From the IMG/VR virus record IMGVR_UViG_3300042542_005523: a DNA stretch of 64,000 nt, one strand, 5' to 3'. This DNA comes from a virus. Its lineage: Duplodnaviria; Caudoviricetes. Under the pieces are notes generated by a model. The model saw nothing but the letters and a program-made list of their open reading frames with translations, had not been told where the DNA came from and ran no database searches. The number at the start of each line of letters is the position of its first letter. Position 1 is the first letter of the stretch. Shown here piece after piece: positions 10,427 to 23,500 of the stretch. A program made the translations under genes and the position numbers.

Positions 10427-11521
10427 ATGGCATTTAGAATTCAGATTAGAAGAGACACCTCTGTTAGGTGGGCAGTTAACAACCCAGTACTACTTTCAGC
10501 AGAGTTAGGTTATGAAACTGACACTGATCTCCTTAAGATTGGAGATGGCACTACCCTATGGAATGACCTTGATTACTGGAACGGTAATCTAACTATAGAA
10601 GTAAACGGCACGCAGGTTATACAAGGGGCTGGTACCCTTAACTTTACTGGTGGTGTTTCTGCTAGTGCCACAGGAGGAAGCGTAACACTCGACTTCTCTG
10701 GAGTTGGCGGGTTAACAGGACCAACAGGGCCTAGTGCTAATATTGGAGTTTTCGATGCTACTACATTTGTAGCAGGTGCAACAGGCATACAGTTCACTGG
10801 CGGTGGGGTTAGCGTATCTTCATCTGGAAATGTTGCTGTTGTTTCGGTAAGTGCTTTACAAAACTCACTTTATAACGAGACTGTAAGGTATCTAATCGAT
10901 AACACAACAGCTCAGTATTCAGGATCACCTATCATAGGAACAAATGATAAGATTACTATATGCTCTAGCGGTAACATTTATGCTAATAGATCCTGGACTA
11001 GATCTGGAACTACACTGACAGTAAACTCTACTTCTCATGGATTGTTAGCAGGTGATGGTGTTGTAATTAGAAATGGTGCTTCTACAGATAGCTACAATTT
11101 CTATATAGTCCAAACCGCAAGCGCTAATTCTTTTACTGTGACTGTTGCTAACTCCGGTGGTGCATCAGGAAGCGGATTGACATACATACCTAGCTTTTCT
11201 GTTACCTCCTGGTCGTCTGGAACATCTATGACCCTAAGCGCACCAACAGTTGGTAATGCCCAACTTCTTTCGGCTACTGTCTGTACTGTTATGAGCACTT
11301 CCTCTTTCTATGTTACAATAGACGGTGAGGGAATAAGCAATGGTGCTGGTGTTAATGCCTCGGTTAGAACAATGAATCCACCTGTTGTTTCTGCACAAAC
11401 TACCTCTAACGGTAATGATCTAGCAGCATCGTGTACTCTGGATGTAAATTCTCCGTATCAAACCTTTGTGTTGCAAAGTTTAACTGCAGCTGTTGAAAAT
11501 CTAGTAAAAATGGTATTCTAA
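10427..11521 (+). CDS. Tail-fibre-associated protein with Mtd-N/hyaluronidase-like N-terminal motif
   Basis: MAFRIQIRRDT..W...NPVL...ELGYETDT..LKIGDGTT.WNDLDY is the common phage fibre attachment motif; short GPTGP; Gly/Ser/Thr-rich beta region. Confidence 0.7.
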   Translation: MAFRIQIRRDTSVRWAVNNPVLLSAELGYETDTDLLKIGDGTTLWNDLDYWNGNLTIEVNGTQVIQGAGTLNFTGGVSASATGGSVTLDFSGVGGLTGPTGPSANIGVFDATTFVAGATGIQFTGGGVSVSSSGNVAVVSVSALQNSLYNETVRYLIDNTTAQYSGSPIIGTNDKITICSSGNIYANRSWTRSGTTLTVNSTSHGLLAGDGVVIRNGASTDSYNFYIVQTASANSFTVTVANSGGASGSGLTYIPSFSVTSWSSGTSMTLSAPTVGNAQLLSATVCTVMSTSSFYVTIDGEGISNGAGVNASVRTMNPPVVSAQTTSNGNDLAASCTLDVNSPYQTFVLQSLTAAVENLVKMVF

Positions 11522-11527
11522 AAATTA

Positions 11528-14500
11528 ATGCTTACGGATAACCTGTTTAGTGGAATTGTAGATTTTACCGACGGTAGCTTAAGCAGCTTAGTTGGTATCA
11601 CAGGTAGTGCGACATACGGGTCCAGTGTGATAACTGGAGTTGATAGCACGATCATACCTGGATTAACTGCTGGCCTTTCGGTTAGAGCACTACCAGAAGG
11701 AATTCTCAATCCCTCTACAACGATAGTTTCTTTGGGCTCTAACACGGTAGAGTTTTCTAACCCGGTAGGTTACACCGGATCCGCTAATTTTTATATAGAA
11801 CTAAGCAGCGGCAATTATCTTTTAAACAACGCTTTATTTGTTGACGTTAACAACATCTATAATGTTGGTGATATACCAGACTATCAAATAGGAGCCACTG
11901 GAGGATTGGTAATTTCTCCTTTTGCGATCTATACTCAGGGAAGATATAACGATCAGAAGAATCTTAAAGCCATATATGAAAAGTACATAATAACAAAAGT
12001 ACTTTCAAGGAACACAGTAACAAATAGATTTAGCGCTATAGTTACTTGGGGTTTTTCAGGATCTGCACCGACGAGTGTTAATACTGGACAGACAGTTCTA
12101 CCTATAACTCAGCTATCCCCGAATAATTTATTGCCTCCCATAATAGACTATAGAGCATTTTCTTATAAGAATCTTCCGGAAGGACAGCCATTTAATCAGG
12201 AGATATTAAAGGTCTTAGATTCTGGAGGAAGCGGAGGAAGCGGAGGAAGCGGAACTTCAGGAACAAGTGGTAGTTCAGGATCTTCAGGAACTTCAGGAAC
12301 AAGTGGTAGTTCAGGCACTAGCGGCACAGACGGTTCATCGGGAACTAGCGGTACAGATGGTTCAAGTGGAACTTCAGGAACTAGCGGTACGGATGGTTCA
12401 TCAGGAACTTCAGGAACATCAGGATCCAGTGGTTCTTCAGGTGAATCGGGTTCAAGTGGTTCATCAGGTGAATCGGGAACTTCAGGATCCAGTGGTTCAT
12501 CAGGTGAATCAGGTTCAAGTGGTTCTTCAGGTGAATCAGGAACTTCAGGAACTTCAGGATCGAGTGGAACATCGGGATCCAGTGGAACATCAGGTGAATC
12601 GGGATCCAGTGGAACATCAGGTGAATCAGGAACTTCAGGAACTTCAGGATCGAGTGGAACTTCGGGATCCAGTGGAACATCAGGTGAATCAGGAACAAGT
12701 GGTTCTTCAGGTGAATCAGGAACTTCAGGATCGAGTGGAACTTCGGGATCCAGTGGAACATCAGGTGAATCAGGAACAAGTGGTTCTTCAGGTGAATCAG
12801 GAACTTCAGGATCGAGTGGAACATCGGGATCCAGTGGAACATCAGGTGAATCAGGAACTTCAGGAACTTCAGGATCAAGTGGAACATCAGGATCCAGTGG
12901 TTCTTCAGGTGAATCGGGAACAAGTGGTTCTTCAGGGACATCTGGTTCAAGTGGTAGTGCGGGTTCATCTGGTTCAACGGGTACTTCAGGTTCTTCTGGA
13001 ACAGGAGGTTCATCAGGTAGCTCTGGTTCAAGTGGAAGTTCAGGTAGTACAGGTTCCTCAGGTTCAAGTGGTAGTTCAGGAACATCTGGCTCAACAGGTA
13101 CTTCAGGAACTTCAGGTTCAAGTGGGTCTTCAGGTAGTTCAGGAAGTAGCGGAACATCTGGTTCTAGTGGAAGTGTTGGAACTTCTGGTACATCAGGTTC
13201 ATCAGGTAGTGTAGGTACTAGTGGAACATCAGGTACATCAGGTACATCAGGTAGTGTAGGTACTAGTGGTACATCTGGTAGTTCAGGTTCTAGCGGTTCG
13301 TCAGGTAATAGTGGAAGTTCAGGTACAAGTGGAACATCAGGTACTTCTGGCTCTAGTGGAAGTGTTGGAACTTCTGGTACATCAGGAAGTTCAGGTTCTT
13401 CAGGTACTAGTGGTAGTTCTGGCTCTACTGGCACATCGGGTACTAGTGGCTCATCAGGAAGTGTAGGTACAAGTGGAAGTTCAGGTTCTAGCGGTTCATC
13501 AGGAAGTTCAGGTATTAGTGGTTCTTCAGGTTCTAGCGGAAGCGCTGGAAGCTCAGGAAGTACAGGTACATCAGGAACTAGTGGAACTTCAGGTAGTTCT
13601 GGTTCAGTAGGAACTTCAGGTACATCAGGTAGTTCTGGTTTATCGGGAAGCAGTGGTTCTTCAGGAAGTACTGGAACATCAGGAAGTACTGGAACTTCAG
13701 GTTCAAGTGGTAGTGTTGGGACTAGTGGTACATCGGGTTCAAGTGGTTCTTCAGGAAGTGTTGGTACGTCTGGTTCATCTGGAAGTGCAGGTACATCAGG
13801 AACTTCAGGGTCATCAGGAAGTTCAGGTACAAGCGGAACATCAGGAACTGGAGGAACTTCAGGTTCAAGTGGTAGTGTTGGGACTAGTGGTACATCAGGA
13901 ACAAGTGGTTCTTCAGGTACATCAGGTAGTTCAGGTTCAAGTGGTTCATCGGGAAGTTCAGGTTCAAGTGGTTCATCGGGTACATCAGGTAGTACTGGTA
14001 CTAGTGGTAGTAGTGGAACAAGCGGAACGTCGGGTTCATCAGGTTCTGCGGGAAGTAGTGGTTCATCAGGTAGTGTTGGAACATCTGGTTCAAGTGGTAG
14101 TTCAGGTAGTTATGGTTCATCAGGTACATCTGGCTCAAGTGGTAGCTCTGGTTCAACAGGTTCGTCAGGTAGTAGTGGTATAACTGGGTCTTCAGGTACG
14201 AGTGGTAGTTCTGGCACATCAGGTTCATCTGGTAGTTCAGGTTCTTCAGGTAGTACTGGTTCATCAGGAACTAGCGGAACATCAGGAACATCAGGTACAA
14301 GTGGTAGTTCAGGTTCTACAGGAACATCGGGTTCTACAGGAACATCGGGTTCATCAGGTAGTAGTGGCTCAAGTGGAAGTTCAGGATTGACAGGTTCATC
14401 AGGAACATCGGGTTCATCAGGGACATCGGGTTCATCAGGTAGTTCTGGTTCAAGTGGTAGTAGCGGAAGTACAGGGTCTTCGGGCACAAGTGGTAGTTCT

Positions 14501-17500
14501 GGTACATCAGGTTCATCAGGAAGTTCAGGTTCATCGGGTTCTAGCGGTAGTGTTGGAACTTCGGGAACAAGTGGTTCAAGTGGAAGTTCAGGTTCTTCAG
14601 GAAGTGTAGGAACATCAGGTACAAGTGGTAGTTCAGGTTCGTCTGGCTCAAGTGGAAATACAGGTTCAAGTGGAACGAGTGGTTCATCAGGTACATCTGG
14701 CTCAAGTGGTAGTTCAGGTTCGTCTGGCTCAAGTGGTTCAAGTGGAACGAGTGGTTCATCAGGTACATCTGGCTCAAGTGGTAGTTCAGGTTCGTCTGGC
14801 TCAAGTGGTTCAAGTGGAAGTTCAGGTTCTTCAGGAAGTGTAGGAACATCAGGTACAAGTGGTAGTTCAGGTTCTTCAGGTAGTTCAGGTGTTAATGGTT
14901 CTTCAGGGACTAGTGGTAGTTCGGGAACATCTGGTTCTTCAGGAAGTTCGGGTTCATCAGGTTCTAGTGGTAGTTCAGGAACATCTGGCTCAAGCGGGTC
15001 TTCTGGTTCAAGTGGAAGTACTGGTTCTTCAGGAAGTGCAGGTACATCGGGTAGTGTAGGAACTAGCGGTAGTTCTGGTTCATCTGGTTCTTCAGGTAGT
15101 ACTGGCTCAAGTGGTACTTCAGGTTCATCAGGTAGTGTAGGTACTAGTGGTTCATCAGGTAGTTCTGGTTCAAGTGGTAGTAGCGGAAGTACAGGGTCTT
15201 CTGGTACAAGTGGGAACTCAGGAACATCTGGTACAAGCGGAAGTACAGGGTCTTCTGGTACAAGCGGTTCATCAGGTAGTACTGGGTCAAGTGGAAGTTC
15301 AGGAAGTAGTGGTAGTGTAGGAACAAGTGGTTCTTCAGGGACATCTGGCTCAACAGGTACTTCAGGAACATCAGGTTCAAGTGGGTCTTCAGGTAGTTCG
15401 GGTTCATCAGGAAGTTCAGGTACAAGCGGAACATCAGGTTCAGTAGGAACAAGTGGTTCATCGGGAAGTTCAGGGTCAACAGGAACTTCAGGTTCAAGTG
15501 GGTCTTCAGGTAGTTCAGGAAGTAGCGGAACATCTGGTTCTAGTGGAAGTGTTGGAACTTCTGGCACATCAGGAACAAGTGGTTCATCGGGAAGTTCTGG
15601 TTCTGCCGGTACAAGTGGAAGTGTAGGAACAAGTGGTACTTCAGGTTCATCTGGCTCAAGTGGAAGTTCAGGTTCAACAGGTAGTTCAGGTACTAGCGGT
15701 TCATCTGGAAGTTCTGGTTCTGCAGGTACAAGTGGAAGTTCTGGTTCTTCAGGTAGTACGGGTTCAAGAGGAACTAGCGGAACATCAGGAAGTTCTGGTT
15801 CTGTTGGAACTAGTGGAACGTCTGGTTCAGTAGGAACTAGCGGAACATCTGGAACAAGTGGTTCATCAGGTTCTAGCGGTAGCGCTGGAAGCTCAGGAAG
15901 TGTAGGTACTTCAGGTACTAGTGGAAGCTCAGGAAGTGTAGGAACATCTGGTTCAAGTGGTACTACTGGTACCTCAGGAACATCAGGTAGTTCAGGTTCA
16001 TCTGGTAGTGTTGGTACATCAGGAACTTCGGGTACTAGCGGAACATCAGGTTCTAGCGGTTCGTCAGGAAATAGTGGAAGTTCAGGTACAAGTGGAACAT
16101 CGGGTTCAACTGGGTCTTCAGGCTCAAGTGGTAGTTCGGGAAGTGTTGGTACATCAGGAAGTAGTGGTTCTTCAGGTTCTAGTGGTAGTACTGGAAGCTC
16201 AGGAAGTACAGGTACATCGGGTTCAAGTGGAACTTCAGGTTCTTCAGGTACTAGCGGAACATCGGGAACTAGTGGTAGTTCAGGTTCAGTTGGTACATCA
16301 GGAACTTCGGGTTCAAGTGGTAGTTCTGGTTCTACTGGTACATCGGGTACTAGCGGTTCTTCAGGTTCTAGCGGTAGCGCTGGAAGCTCAGGAAGTACAG
16401 GTACATCAGGTACTAGTGGTAGTTCTGGTAGCGTAGGAACATCGGGTACATCAGGTAGTTCTGGTTCATCGGGTAGTTCTGGCTCAACAGGCTCGTCAGG
16501 TAGTAGTGGAACTTCTGGTTCATCTGGCTCAAGCGGAAGTGTTGGAACATCTGGTTCGTCAGGAAGTACTGGCTCAAGTGGTTCATCAGGAAGTACAGGA
16601 ACATCAGGTAGTGCTGGTTCTTCTGGCTCAAGTGGTAGTTCAGGTTCAAGTGGAAGTACTGGAACATCAGGTAGTAGTGGAACATCAGGTTCATCAGGTT
16701 CTAGCGGTAGTACTGGAAGCTCAGGAACGTCAGGTTCTGTAGGTACAAGCGGGACATCAGGAACTTCGGGAAGTACTGGTTCTAGTGGAAGTTCAGGAAC
16801 AAGTGGTTCATCTGGAAGTTCAGGGTCATCAGGAAGTACTGGTACATCAGGAACATCTGGTTCTTCAGGTAGTTCAGGTTCTAGCGGAAGTTCAGGTTCA
16901 AGTGGAACTAGTGGTAGTTCAGGAAGTTCTGGTTCATCGGGTAGTACAGGTTCTTCAGGTAGTTCAGGTTCTAGCGGAAGTTCAGGTTCAAGTGGAACTA
17001 GTGGTAGTTCAGGAAGTTCTGGTTCATCGGGTAGTACAGGTACTTCAGGAAGCTCAGGTTCAAGTGGAACTAGTGGTTCTTCAGGGTCTAGCGGTTCATC
17101 GGGTTCTAGTGGAAGTTCAGGGTCATCTGGTAGTACAGGTTCAAGAGGAACTAGCGGTTCTTCAGGAACATCAGGTACTAGTGGTACATCAGGAAGTGTT
17201 GGGACAAGTGGTACGTCAGGAAGTACTGGAACATCAGGTTCAAGTGGTAGTGTAGGTACATCGGGAACTTCAGGTTCATCTGGAAGTACGGGTAGTTCAG
17301 GTACTAGCGGTAGTAGTGGTTCATCAGGAAGTTCTGGCTCGACTGGTAGTTCAGGAAGTTCTGGAACTTCAGGTTCTAGTGGTAGTTCGGGAACATCAGG
17401 GTCATCAGGTAGCGTAGGTACTAGCGGTTCTTCTGGTTCAAGTGGAAGTTCAGGTTCTAGCGGAAGTACAGGGTCAAGCGGAACTAGTGGAAGTTCAGGT

Positions 17501-20500
17501 TCATCTGGAAGTGTAGGAACAAGTGGAACCTCAGGTTCAGTAGGTACAAGTGGTACATCAGGAAGTTCAGGCTCAAGTGGTAGTACGGGTTCATCTGGTA
17601 CTAGCGGCTCTTCGGGAAGTACTGGGTCATCTGGAAGTTCAGGTTCAACAGGAACTAGCGGTTCTTCAGGAACATCAGGTAGTAGCGGTTCTAGTGGTAG
17701 TGCTGGTAGTTCAGGTTCTGCGGGTACAAGTGGAAGTGTAGGAACATCTGGGACTTCTGGTTCAAGTGGGTCATCAGGTTCTAGTGGGAGTGTTGGAACT
17801 TCTGGTACATCAGGAACAAGTGGTTCGTCAGGTTCTAGCGGTAGTGCTGGAAGCTCAGGAAGTACTGGTTCATCAGGTTCTGCGGGAAGTGCTGGTACAT
17901 CAGGGGTTAATGGTTCTTCAGGAACATCAGGTTCTGCTGGCTCAAGTGGAAGTTCAGGTTCTTCAGGTAGTGTTGGTACTTCTGGTACAAGCGGAACTTC
18001 AGGTTCATCAGGTAGTGCTGGCTCGTCGGGGTCTAGCGGTTCTGTTGGTACTTCAGGTAGTAGTGGAACATCTGGAAGCTCTGGCTCAAGTGGTAGTGCG
18101 GGGTCATCAGGGAGTACTGGTACAAGTGGAAGTTCGGGTTCAACTGGTACTTCAGGTAGTTCAGGAACATCTGGTACTTCAGGTTCAAGTGGAAGTAGTG
18201 GCTCATCAGGTTCTTCAGGAAGTGCTGGTACAAGTGGAACATCTGGCTCATCAGGTTCAACGGGTAGTTCAGGAAGTGCTGGTACAAGTGGAACATCAGG
18301 TTCTAGTGGAAGTAGTGGTAGTTCAGGGTCATCTGGTTCTGCGGGTACATCAGGAAGTAGTGGAAGTACAGGTTCTTCTGGTTCAAGTGGGACATCAGGT
18401 TCAACGGGTAGTTCAGGAAGTAGTGGAACAAGTGGTTCATCTGGTACTTCAGGTTCATCTGGCTCAAGTGGTAGTACGGGTTCTTCAGGAAGCTCAGGCT
18501 CAAGCGGAAGTTCTGGTTCAACAGGTTCTAGAGGAACAAGTGGAACTTCTGGTTCGTCAGGAACTAGCGGAACGTCAGGAACATCTGGTTCATCAGGAAG
18601 TTCGGGTTCAAGTGGTTCGTCTGGGTCTACAGGAACAAGTGGTTCGGCTGGTACATCAGGAAGTAGTGGAAGTTCAGGGTCTAGTGGTAGTGCTGGAAGT
18701 TCAGGGTCTAGTGGTAGTGCTGGAAGTTCAGGTTCAGTAGGTACAAGTGGTTCTTCAGGAACATCAGGTTCTAGTGGGTCTTCAGGAAGTTCTGGTAGTT
18801 CAGGTTCAGCTGGTACAAGTGGAAGTGTAGGAACATCTGGTTCTTCAGGAAGTTCTGGTTCAAGTGGTTCATCAGGAAGTTCAGGTTCTACAGGTTCAAG
18901 AGGAACATCGGGTACTAGTGGTACATCAGGTAGTAGTGGTTCTAGTGGTAGTGCTGGTACTTCAGGTTCAGTAGGGACAAGTGGCTCTTCAGGAAGTGCT
19001 GGTAGTTCAGGTTCATCGGGTAGTAGCGGAACATCAGGTTCGTCAGGAACAAGTGGTTCGTCAGGGTCTAGCGGTAGTACTGGAAGTTCAGGAAGTTCTG
19101 GCTCTGTTGGTACATCAGGTAGTTCGGGGTCATCCGGAAGCTCAGGAAGTAGTGGTTCATCAGGTACATCGGGAGCTAACGGAAGTTCAGGAACATCTGG
19201 GTCTAGTGGAAGTTCAGGAAGTAGTGGTTCATCAGGCTCAAGTGGGTCTGCTGGTACTTCAGGTGCTAACGGAAGTTCAGGAACAAGTGGTTCGTCAGGT
19301 TCTAGCGGAAGTGCTGGAAGCTCAGGAAGTTCGGGAACATCAGGTAGTAGTGGTAGTTCAGGGTCCTCAGGGAGTACAGGTTCAAGAGGAACAAGCGGTT
19401 CTTCAGGTACATCAGGAACCTCAGGAAGTGCTGGTTCATCAGGTTCTTCAGGTTCAAGTGGAAGTGTAGGAACAAGTGGTAGTTCTGGTTCTGCGGGTTC
19501 TAGTGGAACTTCAGGTTCAACAGGAACATCAGGTAGTTCAGGTTCAAGTGGAGTAACTGGTTCTTCAGGTACTAGCGGTTCTTCAGGAAGTTCTGGGTCA
19601 TCAGGGTCTAGTGGAAGTGTTGGAACTAGCGGTTCATCTGGTACAAGTGGTTCATCAGGTAGTTCAGGAAGTTCGGGTTCAAGCGGTAGTAGTGGAAGTT
19701 CAGGGTCAACAGGTTCAAGAGGAACATCAGGAAGTACTGGTACAAGTGGTTCGGCTGGTACCTCAGGTTCAAGTGGAAGTTCAGGTAGTAGTGGATTAAG
19801 TGGTGTTGATGGTACTAATGGAACATCTGGAAGTTCTGGTTCAAGTGGTGTTAACGGAAGTTCAGGAAGTAGTGGTACATCTGGTTCTAGTGGAAGTTCT
19901 GGCTCTGCTGGTAGTTCAGGTTCTGCAGGTACAAGTGGAAGTGTTGGAACATCAGGTTCTTCAGGGAGTTCTGGTTCAAGTGGTTCTTCAGGAAGTTCTG
20001 GCTCAACAGGTTCAAGAGGAACAAGTGGTTCTTCAGGGACTTCAGGAAGTTCAGGTTCAAGTGGAAGTAGTGGAAGTTCAGGGTCATCAGGTGTTAGTGG
20101 TTCTTCAGGGACATCAGGTTCAAGTGGAAGTTCAGGTTCTTCTGGTTCAAGTGGAAGTTCAGGAACATCTGGCTCAACAGGAACTTCAGGGTCATCAGGT
20201 TCTAGTGGAAGTACTGGTACTTCAGGTAGTTCAGGAACATCAGGGTCTAGCGGTAGTTCGGGGTCATCTGGAAGCTCAGGAAGTAGTGGTTCATCAGGTA
20301 CATCGGGAGCTAACGGAAGTTCAGGTACAAGTGGTTCTTCAGGAAGTAGTGGTAGTTCAGGGTCATCTGGCTCTGCTGGTACATCAGGTGCTAATGGAAG
20401 TTCAGGAACATCTGGTTCAAGTGGTAGTGCTGGAAGCTCAGGAAGTAGTGGTAGTTCTGGTTCCGTTGGAACTTCAGGTTCTAGCGGTTCATCAGGAAGT

Positions 20501-23500
20501 GCTGGTACGAGTGGAAGTTCAGGAAGTAGTGGCTCATCAGGTTCTTCAGGAAGTACAGGTTCAAGAGGAACATCAGGTACTTCGGGAACATCAGGTACAT
20601 CAGGTGCCAATGGAAGTAGTGGAACATCAGGTAGTAGTGGTTCTAGCGGAAGTGCTGGAAGCTCAGGAAGTTCAGGTTCAACTGGAACATCTGGTTCTTC
20701 AGGAAGTAGTGGTTCTAGTGGTAGTTCAGGAAGTACAGGTTCTTCTGGTTCAAGTGGAACATCAGGTTCGTCAGGAAGTTCCGGCTCATCAGGATCAAGT
20801 GGGTCTGCTGGAACTTCAGGGGCTAACGGAAGTTCAGGAACAAGTGGTTCTTCAGGTTCTAGTGGTAGTGCTGGAAGCTCAGGAAGTTCTGGTACATCGG
20901 GTGCTAACGGAAGTTCAGGAACATCAGGTAGTAGTGGTTCTAGTGGAAGTGCTGGTTCATCAGGAAGTTCAGGTTCAACTGGTACATCTGGTTCTTCAGG
21001 AAGTAGTGGTTCTAGTGGAAGCGCTGGTTCATCAGGAAGTACAGGTTCAAGAGGAACATCAGGTACATCAGGAACATCAGGAAGTGCTGGTTCATCAGGT
21101 TCAAGTGGAAGTTCAGGAACATCAGGAGCTAACGGAAGTTCGGGAACATCCGGTACAAGTGGAAGTTCAGGTTCTTCGGGAAGTAGTGGTAGTTCTGGCT
21201 CTGCTGGTACATCAGGTGCTAATGGAAGTAGCGGAACATCAGGTAGCTCCGGTTCATCTGGCTCAAGTGGAAGTAGTGGTAGTTCAGGTTCATCAGGAAC
21301 AAGTGGGGCTAATGGAAGTTCAGGTACAAGTGGTAGTTCTGGAACATCGGGCTCAAGTGGGTCGTCAGGTAGTTCAGGCTCAAGTGGAAGTTCTGGAATT
21401 AACGGTTCATCAGGAACTTCAGGTTCAAGTGGTAGCACAGGGTCTAGTGGTAGTAGTGGTTCTTCAGGTAGTTCAGGAACATCAGGAAGTAGTGGGACAT
21501 CGGGAAGTTCTGGTTCAAGCGGAAGTTCTGGTTCATCAGGAAGCACAGGTTCAAGAGGAACAAGTGGTTCTTCAGGAACATCAGGAAGTGCTGGTTCATC
21601 AGGTTCAAGTGGTAGTACTGGAAGCTCGGGTACTTCTGGTTCATCAGGAAGTTCTGGCTCAAGCGGATTAACAGGTTCTTCAGGAACAAGCGGTTCGAGT
21701 GGTTCTTCAGGAAGTACAGGTTCTAGCGGAAGTGCTGGAAGCTCAGGAAGTTCAGGTACATCAGGTGCTAATGGAAGCAGTGGAACCTCTGGGTCAAGTG
21801 GTTCATCAGGAAGTGCTGGCTCATCAGGAAGTTCAGGTTCAACTGGTTCTTCGGGAAGTAGTGGTTCTAGTGGAAGCGCTGGTTCATCAGGAAGTACAGG
21901 TTCAAGAGGTACTAGTGGTACATCAGGGACATCAGGGACATCAGGAAGTGCTGGTTCATCAGGTACATCAGGTGCTAATGGAAGCAGTGGAACCTCTGGG
22001 TCAAGTGGTTCATCAGGAAGTGCTGGCTCATCAGGTTCAAGTGGAAGTTCAGGAACATCGGGAAGTGCTGGCTCATCAGGTTCTAGTGGAAGTTCAGGAA
22101 CATCAGGAACAAGTGGAAGTTCAGGTTCATCAGGAAGTTCTGGAATTACTGGTTCATCGGGAACTTCAGGTTCTAGCGGAAGTGCTGGCAGCTCAGGAAG
22201 TGGAGGTTCATCGGGAACATCAGGTTCTTCGGGAACAAGTGGAAGTGCTGGTTCATCAGGAAGTTCTGGAATTACTGGTTCATCAGGTACTTCTGGTTCA
22301 TCGGGTAGTTCAGGTTCAGCAGGAAGTTCAGGAACATCAGGTTCATCAGGAAGTGCAGGTTCAAGTGGGATATCAGGAAATGACTCTTCTAACTCAGGTA
22401 GATGGGGTTACGCATCAGGTGGAGGGGTTCCTGGTTCGGGAAGATTTAGCGCAAGTAGTTCGACACTTTCATCTGTAATTGGTTTTGCAGTTAATGACCT
22501 TGATATTAATTCTACCGATTACGATGAATGGTGGTTAACAGCTGAGGGGTTAGTATCTGGAGGAAATGGGATATACTTACAAGTAACTCAAGTAGGCAGT
22601 AATAATATAATAGGTCTTTATTCAGTTTCCGCGATAAATGATAATACCACATATTGGTCAATAACAGTTAAATTCATAGCTGGGAGTGGTTCTATGACCA
22701 ATGCCGAAAATTATACAATATCTTGGGTTTACAATGGTGCTGATGGTCCTTCTGGTTCAAGTGGAACATCAGGTTCAAGCGGAAGTTCTGGAAGTTCAGG
22801 CTCTAGTGGTATTGCTGGTAGTTCGGGAACATCTGGTTCTTCAGGTTCAAGCGGAAGTTCTGGAAGTTCAGGTTCAAGTGGTATTGCTGGTAGTTCGGGA
22901 ACATCTGGTTCTTCAGGAAGTAGTGGTTCTACAGGTTCAAGAGGAACTAGCGGTTCTTCAGGTTCAAGTGGAAGCTCAGGTTCAAGCGGTTCTACAGGTT
23001 CAAGAGGAACTAGCGGTTCTTCAGGTTCAAGTGGAACTAGCGGTTCTTCAGGTTCAAGTGGAAGCTCAGGTTCAAGCGGTTCTACAGGTTCAAGAGGAAC
23101 TAGTGGGACATCTGGAACATCAGGTTCATCTGGAACATCATCAACGGTTTATGTGGGTAATGCTAATGGTGCAGGTATTACTAATGGTGCTAGAGGTTCT
23201 ATTTATTTAGGGGGAACACCTGTTGCCATGGTTGCGGTTACCGCAGGTGATTACGGAGGTGGTGCAACTGATTTTATGCCAGGATACCCAATGCCTGCAG
23301 GAACTGCAAGTAAAATGAGAGTTATTACAAGAAGTGCCAATCCTGCTCTAAATAGTTTAGAGGTCTATGTTGCTAATGCTACTACATCAACATTAGGTGC
23401 TAAAGTTACAATAGCCGCTGGGTCAGCCGCAGGAGTTTACACTACAGATGACGGAACAACAGTTACGTACTCAGTTGGTGATAGATTATATTGTATTGCT

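Noticed and set aside
14110-21546. 2478-aa minus-strand ORF (PDEPELPLEP...), and the similar one at 12196-13434
   Set aside because: Antisense shadow of the Gly-Ser repeat: NGG junctions become Pro codons and that frame lacks stops by construction. No independent start, promoter or unique domain.
19170-22000. N-G-S sequons as proof of N-glycosylation
   Set aside because: They arise automatically when Asn precedes G-S in this repeat, lack the bacterial -2 D/E, and no oligosaccharyltransferase is present; kept only as a descriptive note.
12221-23140. Possible CRISPR array or satellite
   Set aside because: No constant repeat with unique spacers; the 9-nt periodicity with synonymous variation shows protein-level selection.
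12267-23210. Many alternative-frame ORFs (VVQVLQEVQ..., MNLNFL...)
   Set aside because: Off-frame readings of the same low-complexity repeat.
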